Shown: positions 8,388 through 17,915 of the stretch, in pieces
How the letters are laid out: the number at the start of each line of letters is the position of its first letter
How positions within the stretch are numbered: position 1 is the stretch's first letter
Origin: Candidatus Bathyarchaeota archaeon
GTDB lineage: Archaea; Thermoproteota; Bathyarchaeia; Bathyarchaeales; Bathycorpusculaceae
DNA length: 41,903 nucleotides
Assembly: GCA_963739305.1 (NCBI GenBank)
Contig: CAVTZU010000005.1
Span: forward strand, 1-41,903
Direction of reading: 5' to 3'
Position numbers and translations under genes: made by a program
Notes under the pieces: model-generated
What the model saw: only the letters and a program-made list of their open reading frames with translations
What the model was told of the DNA's origin: nothing
The model's database searches: none

Positions 8388-9677
8388 TTGACTTTGGTCG
8401 ATCTGAGAAGTAAACTGAAGATTCATGAAGAAAATCTTGAAGAGATCAACAGTTTTCTAGTCAAAAGAGACAATCCTTTGGTAGATCGGTTGCTTGCCAT
8501 TATTGAGAAACACGGCGGCGTCGACGAGGTCAATCGTAAAGCCAGAGAGAATCGGAGACCCGAAATTCTCATCGAAAGGCTGGAGAAGAAGCGTTCCTCT
8601 TTCGTCAAGGATCTGGAATGGTTAACGAAGCAACGAGACAAAGAAGCGTTCATCAGCATTCCAGACTACAGGAAGAGGGTTCTCGGAAAAAGAGTTGAAT
8701 CAATGAGTTTCGATGAAACTTTTGCGGTGACTCTGGAAATCAGCGCTTTCAATTTCTTCCCATGGCTAATGGAGGAGGCAAAGAAATCTATCGAGAAGAA
8801 GGAACTGATGCCTTCACGCTACATTCGCGTTCGCTCGATGAAGGAACAGGTTGAAGACAATGACATCCTGGCCTTTGCCGCCGCAATGCCGATCATAGGC
8901 GCATCATATGTTCAAACTCTGGACACCAAGGGGACGCTTCCTGGACCAGACGGCAAACCGGTTAATGTTCATCTGGGAGGACCAGAAACGATAACAGGCT
9001 ACTTTGGCGGCGTAGGCTCCCCAAATGAGTACCCATTGAAGTGGGTTGATGAGTTTCTTCATTACTACACGGAGTACGGTCTTCCGCAGGTTTTGAACAC
9101 TAACTCGGGCACGGTGCTCCTTGGATACTGGCTCAGAAAGCTAGGCATTGACATTGAGTTCAAGATCTCCGTATTTCTCGGCACCGACAACCCTTACTCG
9201 ATACTTTGGACGCTGATGACGGCGAAGCTTTTCAGTCGGGAGGATGGATCGACGCCCCTTATCGGCTTCAACCTGTCCAACTCGGTCAATAATGAAACGA
9301 TTGAGCTCGCAGCCTACGTGCGAAACGCGTTTGACTTTGAAAACGTCGTTCGCATCGAGCATCACATAACTGAAGCTTACAAGAGCATCGTGAGACAGCC
9401 TTACGACAGAACAGAAGAGCTCGTGAAACTGGCAGATCACGTGACGAACATCAGCGCCAAGCATGAGGGCGGCGTTCCTCAGACCGAAGCGAAGAGGCAA
9501 CATCCCTCAGACATCCTAGATTACTTCATGCCAAAGAAGGATATCAAGACCAACAGTCTGATGCCGAAACTTCTACTCAACTATCTTGACAAGCACGACG
9601 CGGTGAACAGAACGGCTCAGGCGCTTACGAAGCACGGATTGAGTTTCATTGCTGCTCAGAATCTGCACCGAAAATAG
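8388..9677 (+). CDS. Conserved-looking hypothetical soluble protein (429 aa), possible metalloenzyme
   Basis: TTG after GGGAGGA. Long ORF with enzyme-like motifs TLDTKGT, NVHLGGPETITGYFGG, RIEHHI, SAKHEGG, HPSDILDY. No family recognised. Confidence 0.8.
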   Translation: MTLVDLRSKLKIHEENLEEINSFLVKRDNPLVDRLLAIIEKHGGVDEVNRKARENRRPEILIERLEKKRSSFVKDLEWLTKQRDKEAFISIPDYRKRVLGKRVESMSFDETFAVTLEISAFNFFPWLMEEAKKSIEKKELMPSRYIRVRSMKEQVEDNDILAFAAAMPIIGASYVQTLDTKGTLPGPDGKPVNVHLGGPETITGYFGGVGSPNEYPLKWVDEFLHYYTEYGLPQVLNTNSGTVLLGYWLRKLGIDIEFKISVFLGTDNPYSILWTLMTAKLFSREDGSTPLIGFNLSNSVNNETIELAAYVRNAFDFENVVRIEHHITEAYKSIVRQPYDRTEELVKLADHVTNISAKHEGGVPQTEAKRQHPSDILDYFMPKKDIKTNSLMPKLLLNYLDKHDAVNRTAQALTKHGLSFIAAQNLHRK

Positions 9678-9737
9678 GTCGAAATGTGTGAAAAATCCTT
9701 CTTGAATCGTCTACTCTTTGAGAATGATGGCCGCGCG

Positions 9738-10502
9738 CTACCAGCTTTCTCTTGGTCTCCTCACTACGAGATAGACTGTTGTTGCTACGAAGAAGACTGA
9801 CACGATGCCCAGCACGGCGGTTAGGCGCCTCGTGTTGTCCAGTTCCCCCGCATTTCCTTGGAGCAACGTATAGTTGTCCTGTAGCTGCCAGTAGGTGTTG
9901 TTGAGTTGATCAAAATCGCTGGTGAGGTTAGAGATCCTTTGGCTTAGTTGATGATTGCTTTCATTGAGGTTTTTTGCCTGCGTCTCAAGGTTTTCTAGGT
10001 ACGTGTTTTCTATGGTTGTCATCGTAAAGCCGCCTGTCATGCTTGGAAAAGTCAATTCGATGCCCCCGATGTCTGCCGAGTAAGAAATCTTAAGCTCTGC
10101 GTAAGCTATTCCCCAGATCTGTTCAGGCACTTGCACGACGGCGCTGTGCGCTCTTGAGTCACTGTTCAAGCGGAAGTAACTGTCCGTTATGTTGGCCAAC
10201 GATGTTTTGATGCTGTCATTTATGAACCCGTAGATCTCGAGATTGAAACTGTCGACGTTTACGTTGGTCTGAGTCATTAAGTTCACACTGACGGTTAGGC
10301 TGCTGCCGGGCTGAGTATAGGACGTTGCATTGACTTGAATTTTCATTCCTGGAATTTCGGTGTCAAAAAACGTTTGCATCTGTTGTTCAACGGCCTCCGC
10401 TTTTTTTGCAGATATCAGCGTAACCGTTAGTGCGAGAATACCTAGTACAAAACACAGTTTTTCAAGATTCTTCACAATCTTTCCCCTTGCAAGAATTATC
10501 AT
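9738..10502 (-). CDS. Secreted, C-terminally membrane-anchored protein with coiled-coil stalk
   Basis: N-terminal hydrophobic segment, beta-rich domain, heptad L/N-rich region, C-terminal TM LTAVLGIVSVFFVATTVYLVV then RRPR. Confidence 0.75.
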   Translation of the reverse strand: MIILARGKIVKNLEKLCFVLGILALTVTLISAKKAEAVEQQMQTFFDTEIPGMKIQVNATSYTQPGSSLTVSVNLMTQTNVNVDSFNLEIYGFINDSIKTSLANITDSYFRLNSDSRAHSAVVQVPEQIWGIAYAELKISYSADIGGIELTFPSMTGGFTMTTIENTYLENLETQAKNLNESNHQLSQRISNLTSDFDQLNNTYWQLQDNYTLLQGNAGELDNTRRLTAVLGIVSVFFVATTVYLVVRRPRESW

Positions 10503-10588
10503 GCAGCGACTTCATTGGTGTGGTTATTTAAAACTTTCTCCCGTTGTTTCGACGTTAACCGAAAAAACAGAAAAGCGCTAGCAATGGT

Positions 10589-10828
10589 CTATCTTATCGA
10601 CCGGATGAAGCGTTGGTAGATGTAGCCGAAATAGAGGGCTGAGAAGCCCGTTAGGAGTATTTCGAGGGTGAGGATCGCCGGGTTTTTTTCCACCGCCATG
10701 AAATATCCGTTGGTCAGTATGTCGGTGAAGACCAGGAGCTGCAGAAAAATGGCTCCGCCGAGGCAGCTCAGGCCTGCAACGTGGAAGAACACTTGTGCGC
10801 GTCGGTCTTGCTTCAGAACGGTGGACAT
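10589..10828 (-). CDS. Small two-TM membrane protein
   Basis: 79 aa, ATG start, two hydrophobic helices flanking GYFMAVEKNP. Confidence 0.7.
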   Translation of the reverse strand: MSTVLKQDRRAQVFFHVAGLSCLGGAIFLQLLVFTDILTNGYFMAVEKNPAILTLEILLTGFSALYFGYIYQRFIRSIR

Positions 10829-11546
10829 CGCTATCGTGAACAGTTGAAGACTGATGGCTTGATTAATGACTTGTGAATTCTCAAACAGTACAGACTCTAA
10901 CGATTTTCATTCAGTATTGAGGTTACGTATTATAGCTCAAGGACGTATGCGTAGGGCATTGAATTCTGGCCTGGCAGAAGTTTTTTGGCTTTCTGTGAGC
11001 TTTGAGATCGCTCGATGAGAATATAGACTATACTACAGATAGTCATTTTATTGTTGCTGGATTGGGGATGAGAGATGTGCCACGCCTCTCAGAAAAAGCA
11101 CGTATGCGTAGCGTGCGCGGCAAATTAAAGGAGATTGAGGAATAGAGAGGAAAATGCGTTTTTGTGGCACACCTCTGTTTTTTATCATAGGATACAGACG
11201 CATTAATACCTTGCTCCTAATCTAGGTCGATTGGATTATCATTCTCCATGTGGATGATTCAATTGGTTATCAAAATCAAAAATAACTCGCAAAATGAATC
11301 GAGCCTTCTAAGATGGGTATTGCTCTTTCAATTGTTCGTTGGAGGGTTGTTCGATTCGTGATGACGTTAGCGTACGCTGATCCGAGAAAGACCATGGTCT
11401 AAGAAAAGGCTGGCCTCGGGTAAGATTCCTCCTTTTCTTTTTTCAGAGTAGTTATTTTCCATCGTGTTTTTATTCAGCCGAAACCTTTTCATCTAAAGAT
11501 CTTCGAACTGCTGAAGAACTGTAATCCAAAAGCGAGGATATCTGCG

Positions 11547-12479
11547 TTGGAAGAGTACTTAATCGGAACGGGCGGATGGGCATATTTCAGAGTTCCGGGA
11601 CTCAAATCGTTAGTTGCTTATTCAAGAATTTTCAATTTTGTCGAAGTGAATTCAACATTCTACCGAATACCTGACCTGAAAATTGTCGAAGAATGGAAGC
11701 GTCTAGTGCCTCCTGATTTCAAGTTTGCGGTCAGAGCACACAATGCAATTGCTCACAAATACGAGCTTGAACCGGTCGAAGAGGCTATTGAACTACTTGA
11801 AAAGATGAGGCGGATTGCGGAAACATTGAACGCGGATATCTTGCATGTCCAGACGCCGCCTTCTCTCAAACTGAATGATCACGTTGTGGAGGGTTTTAGG
11901 CAGCTGTTGTCATCGTCTAGGCTCGGCAAAGTGCGACTTGCTCTCGAGTTGAGAGAAAACCTACCTCACGGACCGTCGCGTGAGCTTCTGAAGGTCATGC
12001 AGAATAATGGGGTGATACACTGTGTTGACCTGTCCAGAGGTGAGAAACCCACGTATGATTCAGACATCCTTTACACGAGGTTGTTCGGAAAAGGACACCA
12101 TAACATTTACCAACCAACCGATGAAGAACTGGAGGAAATTGACCATACGGCTACGGCCTCGAAGTCGGAGAAGGTCGTGATGAGTTTTCACTTCGTGAGA
12201 ATGTACAAGGATGCGGCTAGACTGAAGATCTACAAACAAACAGGCAAGTTTCCAAAGATCACGCGTTCAACGGGGTTAAGCTCGCTCATAGAAGTTCTTA
12301 AGGAAGATGCAGTTTTTCCCGCTACGAAACAGGATCTGATTCAGAGACAGGGGTGGAAACTCTTTGACGAGACTGAAACGAAGCGCGTTCACCTTGCACA
12401 ATATCTTGACGGGCTTCCGGATCGGACGTATGAGAATCTCCGTCAGGTCACTGACAAGTTAGCCTCGGTAATGAGGTGA
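11547..12479 (+). CDS. DUF72 (YecE) family protein, degenerate, with C-terminal DUF2795-like domain
   Basis: IGTGGWAY, FVEVNSTFY. C-terminal FPATKQDLI...LDGLPDRTYENLRQV. Confidence 0.8.
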   Translation: MEEYLIGTGGWAYFRVPGLKSLVAYSRIFNFVEVNSTFYRIPDLKIVEEWKRLVPPDFKFAVRAHNAIAHKYELEPVEEAIELLEKMRRIAETLNADILHVQTPPSLKLNDHVVEGFRQLLSSSRLGKVRLALELRENLPHGPSRELLKVMQNNGVIHCVDLSRGEKPTYDSDILYTRLFGKGHHNIYQPTDEELEEIDHTATASKSEKVVMSFHFVRMYKDAARLKIYKQTGKFPKITRSTGLSSLIEVLKEDAVFPATKQDLIQRQGWKLFDETETKRVHLAQYLDGLPDRTYENLRQVTDKLASVMR

Positions 12480-12483
12480 TGAC

Positions 12484-13668
12484 TTGGAGACGAAACCTGG
12501 AAAGATTTTCTTAGGAACTTCGGGTTGGAGTTACAAAGAGTGGATTGGGCCATTCTACAGTAAGCTGGACAAGAGCATGCTGAGGGCTTACTGTAGAGTC
12601 TTCAGGTCGGTAGAGATCGATTCGACGTTTTATCGTTACCCCTCAAAGGGCACCGTGATGGGCTGGGCCAGATACTCACCTGAAGGATTCGTTTATGCCG
12701 CCAAACTGCCTGGGCTAATCACACACGAGAAGAAACTACAATCGTCGCAAGGCATCGAGCAAGATTTGAACAAGTTCATCGAGCTCATGGAACCGCTGAT
12801 TCTGAGCGGAAAACTAGGCTGCATTCTGATTCAGCTTCCTCCAAAGTTCAATTATCGGCCAAAGGAGTTGGAGGACTTCTTCAAATTGCTCCCCACGCAC
12901 GTGAGATTTGCGGTGGAGTTCAGAGACCTCTCATGGATTAGAGATGAGACGTGGCCGCTGCTTCAGAAATACAAGGTTACTTACACGATCGTAGATGAGC
13001 CCTTATTGCCGCCACAAGTGCATTTGACTTCAGACATAGCATACTTTAGGTGGCACGGTAAGGGCACGCGTCCCTGGTATAACTATCGATATTCAGCTGA
13101 GGAGCTTCAACCATGGGTGCCCCAAGTCAAAGACACTGGTTCCAAGGTCGAGAGAGTGTATGGTTTCTTCAACAACCACTATCACGGTTATGCCGTTGAG
13201 AACTGCCTGCAAGTCATGGAGATGCTCGGAGCACTTGATGCCAAACAGATGGAAGCTAAGACTAGGATTGAAAATTACCGAAAGAATTCGAGCCAGAAGA
13301 CTTTCTCGACTCTGGAGTCGTTTGCAGCTCCCAAGGACGAGAGTTTTCAGAGCTTGATCAACTATTTTGTGCCGCCTGAACGGTTGAAAAGGGCTGAGCA
13401 GATTCCAGACCAAGAACTGCAGATCACGAAGCAACTGAATGGGCGGATCGAAGCAACGGTAAGAGAGTACCACGTCGTTATAGATTTGCCGTCACAAGCC
13501 ATTCTGCATGACTGTGCAGACTGGGCGAGGGTTTCGTCGACAAGGAAATTGTGCAAACATGTCGCAAAGCTTTTCCTATCTATTGAAAGAAAAAGTGCGA
13601 CTGAAATCCTCAGAAGACTGTATCATGAGGAAGAAGTTTGGCAGTTTAAACCTTTCTTGAATGTATAA
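12484..13668 (+). CDS. DUF72 family protein with C-terminal SWIM-like zinc finger
   Basis: LGTSGWSY..W, VEIDSTFY, ITHEK, QLPP, AVEFR, YFRWHG, FNNHYHGYA. C-terminal HDCADW...LCKH. Confidence 0.88.
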   Translation: METKPGKIFLGTSGWSYKEWIGPFYSKLDKSMLRAYCRVFRSVEIDSTFYRYPSKGTVMGWARYSPEGFVYAAKLPGLITHEKKLQSSQGIEQDLNKFIELMEPLILSGKLGCILIQLPPKFNYRPKELEDFFKLLPTHVRFAVEFRDLSWIRDETWPLLQKYKVTYTIVDEPLLPPQVHLTSDIAYFRWHGKGTRPWYNYRYSAEELQPWVPQVKDTGSKVERVYGFFNNHYHGYAVENCLQVMEMLGALDAKQMEAKTRIENYRKNSSQKTFSTLESFAAPKDESFQSLINYFVPPERLKRAEQIPDQELQITKQLNGRIEATVREYHVVIDLPSQAILHDCADWARVSSTRKLCKHVAKLFLSIERKSATEILRRLYHEEEVWQFKPFLNV

Positions 13669-13785
13669 CTTGTCTTCTTTGTCTGAAAGCGTACGTTGAC
13701 GTTTATGCTCGATACGTAAGAAGGCAAATGGTTGACGACTTTGGAATTGTACGATTTTGCAAAATGATTAGCCTAACGGCTAGGT

Positions 13786-14667
13786 TCAGACGAGTTTTCC
13801 TTGGGCGACCATTTTGACCTCTCCTCCGACATGAACTTCGATGTCTCCTTTCTTTTGGGCTTTCAAATACAATAGGGAAGGGCGTCCCATCTCGTAGCCT
13901 TGCTCAACTCTGACGTTTACGGAGTCATCACCGAAATAGCGGTAGTGCGATAAATAGCCTGCCAGACAACCGTTTGCTGAGCCAGTTGCTGGATCCTCTG
14001 GAATGCCGAATAAGTCGACGAACACGCGTACGTTCAGATTGTTTTGTTTCTTGTAGGTTTCTGGACTGAAAACGAGAATTTCTGCTTCCGTTTCTTTCAG
14101 AAGTTCTGCGTGTTTGTCTTTGTTTATCCTTGCGCGTTTTATCGCGTCCAAGCTCTTCAACGGCGCTATTATGAACGGAACTCCGGTCGATACCTCTTGA
14201 ATTGGATATCTCTTATCAATGTCGCCGGCGCGTATGCCTAGCACGGGTGCGACCTTCGCGGGGTCGAATTTCTTGCCGAAGGTGGGTGGTATCTGTTTCA
14301 TCCAAAGCATTTCGTGTCCGCTCTTGTTCTGTTCGAAGGTTACTGGAATCCGTCCAACCTTCAAGTTGAGCCATACTTGCTGGACGGTTTCGTCGGCGAT
14401 CTGGTGTTTTATCACGTAGGCTGTTCCCAGCGTCGGATGTCCTGCAAAGGGGAGTTCATTTTTTGGAGTGAAGATTCGGACGTCATATCCGTCGTTTCGT
14501 TTCAGTTCTGAGAGTATGAAGGTTGTTTCTGAGAAGTGCATTTCGTTGGCGATTTTCTGCATTTGGGCGCTGGAGAGTTGACCGGCGTTTCGGAAAACGG
14601 CAAGTTGATTTCCAGCATATTTTTCTTCAGCAAAAACGTCGAGCAGGCTGAAACTCAAATTGTCCAT
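13786..14667 (-). CDS. PhzF family isomerase/epimerase
   Basis: DVF...GNQLAV, SETTF, RIFTP.ELPFAGHPTLG, EDPATGSANG, EQGYEMGRPS. Probable ATG 14667. Confidence 0.92.
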   Translation of the reverse strand: MDNLSFSLLDVFAEEKYAGNQLAVFRNAGQLSSAQMQKIANEMHFSETTFILSELKRNDGYDVRIFTPKNELPFAGHPTLGTAYVIKHQIADETVQQVWLNLKVGRIPVTFEQNKSGHEMLWMKQIPPTFGKKFDPAKVAPVLGIRAGDIDKRYPIQEVSTGVPFIIAPLKSLDAIKRARINKDKHAELLKETEAEILVFSPETYKKQNNLNVRVFVDLFGIPEDPATGSANGCLAGYLSHYRYFGDDSVNVRVEQGYEMGRPSLLYLKAQKKGDIEVHVGGEVKMVAQGKLV

Positions 14668-14764
14668 TTTTGTGCCTCGACTTTCATTTGTTTCTGGCAC
14701 TGAATATATCTTGACCGGTAAGGTTTTCGTTGTTTGTGACTGGGGTCGTTTGTCTTCGCCGAAT

Positions 14765-16108
14765 CTATACTTTGTATTCCTTTGCTTTCTCGGTATGGAT
14801 AATCTTGCCCCGGATGTCTCTCATGAACTTGATGAACAGTTCTGTATTCTCTGTGTGCACCGGGAAAACGGTTTGAGCATCGATTTTTCTTAGTATGGCT
14901 TTCAACTCTAATGGCATCATGTGTCCCGAGACATGGACGTGATACTGAGGGAGTCCGTAGTGTTGCAGCCAGTTTACCAGCCTGCCGTAGTCGATCTCCA
15001 TCTCTTCATTGAAAGGTTCAGATGCCGAGAGGACGTAGCAGCTACCAGGTTGCGGTTGGAGTTCGACGAGTTCTTCTAAGTCGAAGAAGGACATGGCCAG
15101 AATTACTTTGTTCTGTTGCTTCGAGAGGTCGAAGGCGGTTTTGACTTGACTTGGACACTGGTTTTCGAGCTTTTCTTCCCACTTGTAGCGAGTGGACTTC
15201 GATTTCCGAAAGATCAATATGTCCTTGTCGTTGAGGTTCGGGAGGTTTAGTCCCTTGTCTGCACGGAGAGCACTCAATAGGTGTGCTTGTTTCATTGAAA
15301 TCGCGAGACAACGATGATTTCTCTTGGCGACTCGATAGAAACTGTTGAATCGGTCAACATCCGCGTACGCAAATTCTGCAAGCACTATTCCGTCCGTTTG
15401 CGTGACAATATCATCCAACTTTTTTTCGACTTCTGCTTCCGAAGAAACAGATGCGCCGGCCATGTTGGTTGCCTCTGTGACTATCGCAACTGGATTGGAT
15501 TCCTGCGCCTTCGATACGAAGTCGTCGGTCATTTCACGTTTGGCGCCGTGGTGTCTGAAGTCGCCCGTGTAAGCGATTGACCCGTTTGACGTGTGAATCA
15601 CGAAACCGTAGGCGCCTGGGACGGAGTGATCGACGTGGATGGGTTCGACTTCTAGGCTGCCAACATGGATCTTCTTGCCGGTTCTGAACGTTTTGAAGTC
15701 TAGACCTTCGAGATCAAACTCCAAGTCGGCCCTCCGGATCTCACTCTGCGCTTTCAGCACAGTACTTGTCGTTTCACCGCAGTGAATTGGGATTTCGCGT
15801 TTGATGAACGATAGGTAGGCCGAATGGTCCAGGTGTCCATGAGATACGAAAACTGCATCGACTTCAGGTTCTTTATTATCGAACCTGTAAACACCGTCAA
15901 GTTTTGGTAGAATCCCGAATTCTCGGAGGCTTTTTCCGCTCTTGGGTGAGAGGAACGGTGGTGAATAGAAGAGCTTTTTCAATGCGAATGACATGCCAAA
16001 GTCGAAGAAGACTCGTGTGTCTCTGTCTTTGAGCAGTATCTTGTTCCCGCCGATCTCGTTTACTCCGCCGTAGAACGTAATCGTTGTTTCGTTCTTGACC
16101 ATTCTCAC
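14765..16108 (-). CDS. MBL-fold/beta-CASP metallo-hydrolase, archaeal RNase J-like
   Basis: GGVNEIGGN, DFG, SHGHLDH, VDHSVPGA, YTGDFR, HVSGH, FPVHTE. Confidence 0.88.
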   Translation of the reverse strand: MRMVKNETTITFYGGVNEIGGNKILLKDRDTRVFFDFGMSFALKKLFYSPPFLSPKSGKSLREFGILPKLDGVYRFDNKEPEVDAVFVSHGHLDHSAYLSFIKREIPIHCGETTSTVLKAQSEIRRADLEFDLEGLDFKTFRTGKKIHVGSLEVEPIHVDHSVPGAYGFVIHTSNGSIAYTGDFRHHGAKREMTDDFVSKAQESNPVAIVTEATNMAGASVSSEAEVEKKLDDIVTQTDGIVLAEFAYADVDRFNSFYRVAKRNHRCLAISMKQAHLLSALRADKGLNLPNLNDKDILIFRKSKSTRYKWEEKLENQCPSQVKTAFDLSKQQNKVILAMSFFDLEELVELQPQPGSCYVLSASEPFNEEMEIDYGRLVNWLQHYGLPQYHVHVSGHMMPLELKAILRKIDAQTVFPVHTENTELFIKFMRDIRGKIIHTEKAKEYKV

Positions 16109-17808
16109 GCCTTCAGTTCGTCCGCCTTTCTACAAATGCTTGAAAAAACATACATTATGTGCGGGTAGGTGAAGATGCTAAAGACCTTTGTGTATTTTGC
16201 GGTTCCAGCTCTCTTGATCGTGTCTCGTTTCCCGCCAGCCTCCAAATAGCCTTTAATGAATGTTGTCGCAAACTTTTCAAGTCTTTTTGCGTCAGCGAAT
16301 GGTGATATATCGTGTCCCGAGTAATAGAGAAATTCCGCGATGTCCCAGACAATGTCGCCGTTGCGACTGGCCTGTTCAAAATCCATCAGATATAGCTCAC
16401 CTGTTTTCGCTAGAAGGATGTTTTCGGGTTTTGTGTCTCCCAAGGCTACGTCCAATGAGTGAACGCGAGCGAATGTTTTGCCAACTTTGAGAACAACCTC
16501 CAGAGCCTTTTCCGTCTCCTCTGCGTTTTTCGAGGTGACAACGTTCTTGACTATGTTGCTCAGGTCTTCTCCCTCGAGGTACTCCATCATTATTAGCCTT
16601 TGACCGGGGCTTATGCTCAATAGCTTTGGAACGGCGAATCCTTTTGAGTCCAAGAGACGATTGATTGCGCATTCGCGTTCTAGTCGCAAGTTTCCTGCAA
16701 CCGCGAAGGTCTTGGTGCCGACTGACCACAGTGTGAGTGGAAACCACTTGAAGTTGGACCAGTCTCTAAACTGCTTGACGATAGCTCGTGTGCGTTTTCC
16801 TCTCGCCATTGTTTCAACTAAGTACACATTGTTCAGCATGCCCCCGACACTTTCAATCGTCACCTTTGCTCCTTTGTCTGCGAACAACGCCCTTCGGGCA
16901 AAAACCGTTATGTCGAGTCTGTTTGACAAGGGCACCAGCTTCGTCGCCGTTGGAACATAAACATAACTCTCAGGATCCTCGATCGCCTGCTTTATTCTGA
17001 GATCATTGAGGGACACCTGTGTTCCTCGAAGTGATTCCCGGTTTTGCGAAAGGGCTTCGAGGATCTGCGGGAAAATTCCAAGCGAGGAGACGAACAATGT
17101 TCGCTGTCCGGTTTTGAAGAGGTCTGTGAACCGTGCTCGTAACCCTTTTGATTTCTCTGCAAATTGTTTCGCTATTATCCAGTGTTCGTTTACGCGATCG
17201 ATTACGTTACGGTTCTCAAGCTCTTTTAGAGCTTCAAGAAAGCCACGAAGGACCGGCTCGATTTTTTTCCGTCCTTCATCGTCTTTTGTCAGGCCTACGA
17301 GAGCATAGAAGGTAGGCGGAAAGAGTCGTGCTCTGGTCAACATGGTTTCATACATGAAATATTCGGGTTTGATGCGCAATTCCTGAGATAGTTCTGGGAA
17401 ATCAAGAACAAGGCTCTCTAGGAGCTCAATAATTAATCGTTTTTTCAACATGATCTCTTGTGAATGCAGATAGTCCGCATTGTGCAAAACCTCGTAAGGA
17501 AAGATTAGAGCACTGGCGAGGGCTTCGCCGAGAAAGCCCTTGTCGACGTCCCTTTCGAAAACCCATGAATCAACTGCTAGAATCGAGATGTTTTGACCAT
17601 CAAATGCCTTAACGTAGTTCATTAGTCGTGGTTGAAATTTGCGAACAATTATGAGGATTTGGGGGATTCTTCTCGTTGAGGACAGTATCGGCGCAAAATC
17701 ACTCCGTCTACACGCTGCGGTTACCACGGAGGGACCGACCACTCGTTTGCAAAAATTGAGAACCTCTCTGGTCAGCATTGGATCTGTATTTTCTGTGGTT
17801 TGTGCCAA
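16105..17808 (-). CDS. Protein kinase-like (Bud32/RIO/APH-like) C-terminal domain with a large N-terminal region, possibly a degenerate nucleotidyltransferase
   Basis: GGMLNNVY, IVKQF, MEYLEG, VHSLDVALGDTKPENIL, LMDFEQA, WDIAEF. 4-nt overlap with the MBL gene. Confidence 0.78.
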   Translation of the reverse strand: MAQTTENTDPMLTREVLNFCKRVVGPSVVTAACRRSDFAPILSSTRRIPQILIIVRKFQPRLMNYVKAFDGQNISILAVDSWVFERDVDKGFLGEALASALIFPYEVLHNADYLHSQEIMLKKRLIIELLESLVLDFPELSQELRIKPEYFMYETMLTRARLFPPTFYALVGLTKDDEGRKKIEPVLRGFLEALKELENRNVIDRVNEHWIIAKQFAEKSKGLRARFTDLFKTGQRTLFVSSLGIFPQILEALSQNRESLRGTQVSLNDLRIKQAIEDPESYVYVPTATKLVPLSNRLDITVFARRALFADKGAKVTIESVGGMLNNVYLVETMARGKRTRAIVKQFRDWSNFKWFPLTLWSVGTKTFAVAGNLRLERECAINRLLDSKGFAVPKLLSISPGQRLIMMEYLEGEDLSNIVKNVVTSKNAEETEKALEVVLKVGKTFARVHSLDVALGDTKPENILLAKTGELYLMDFEQASRNGDIVWDIAEFLYYSGHDISPFADAKRLEKFATTFIKGYLEAGGKRDTIKRAGTAKYTKVFSIFTYPHIMYVFSSICRKADELKA

Positions 17809-17915
17809 TTTTCCACCAACAAAGGAGTCAACGGCCCAACTAGTGATTCGGCGGGAGTAAGAGATATAATTGATGGTTCAAAACATTCTCTTCAGCTACT
17901 GAACTCAACAGTGGA

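Noticed and set aside
13786-14667. Phenazine biosynthesis cluster
   Set aside because: Lone PhzF homologue with no other phz genes.
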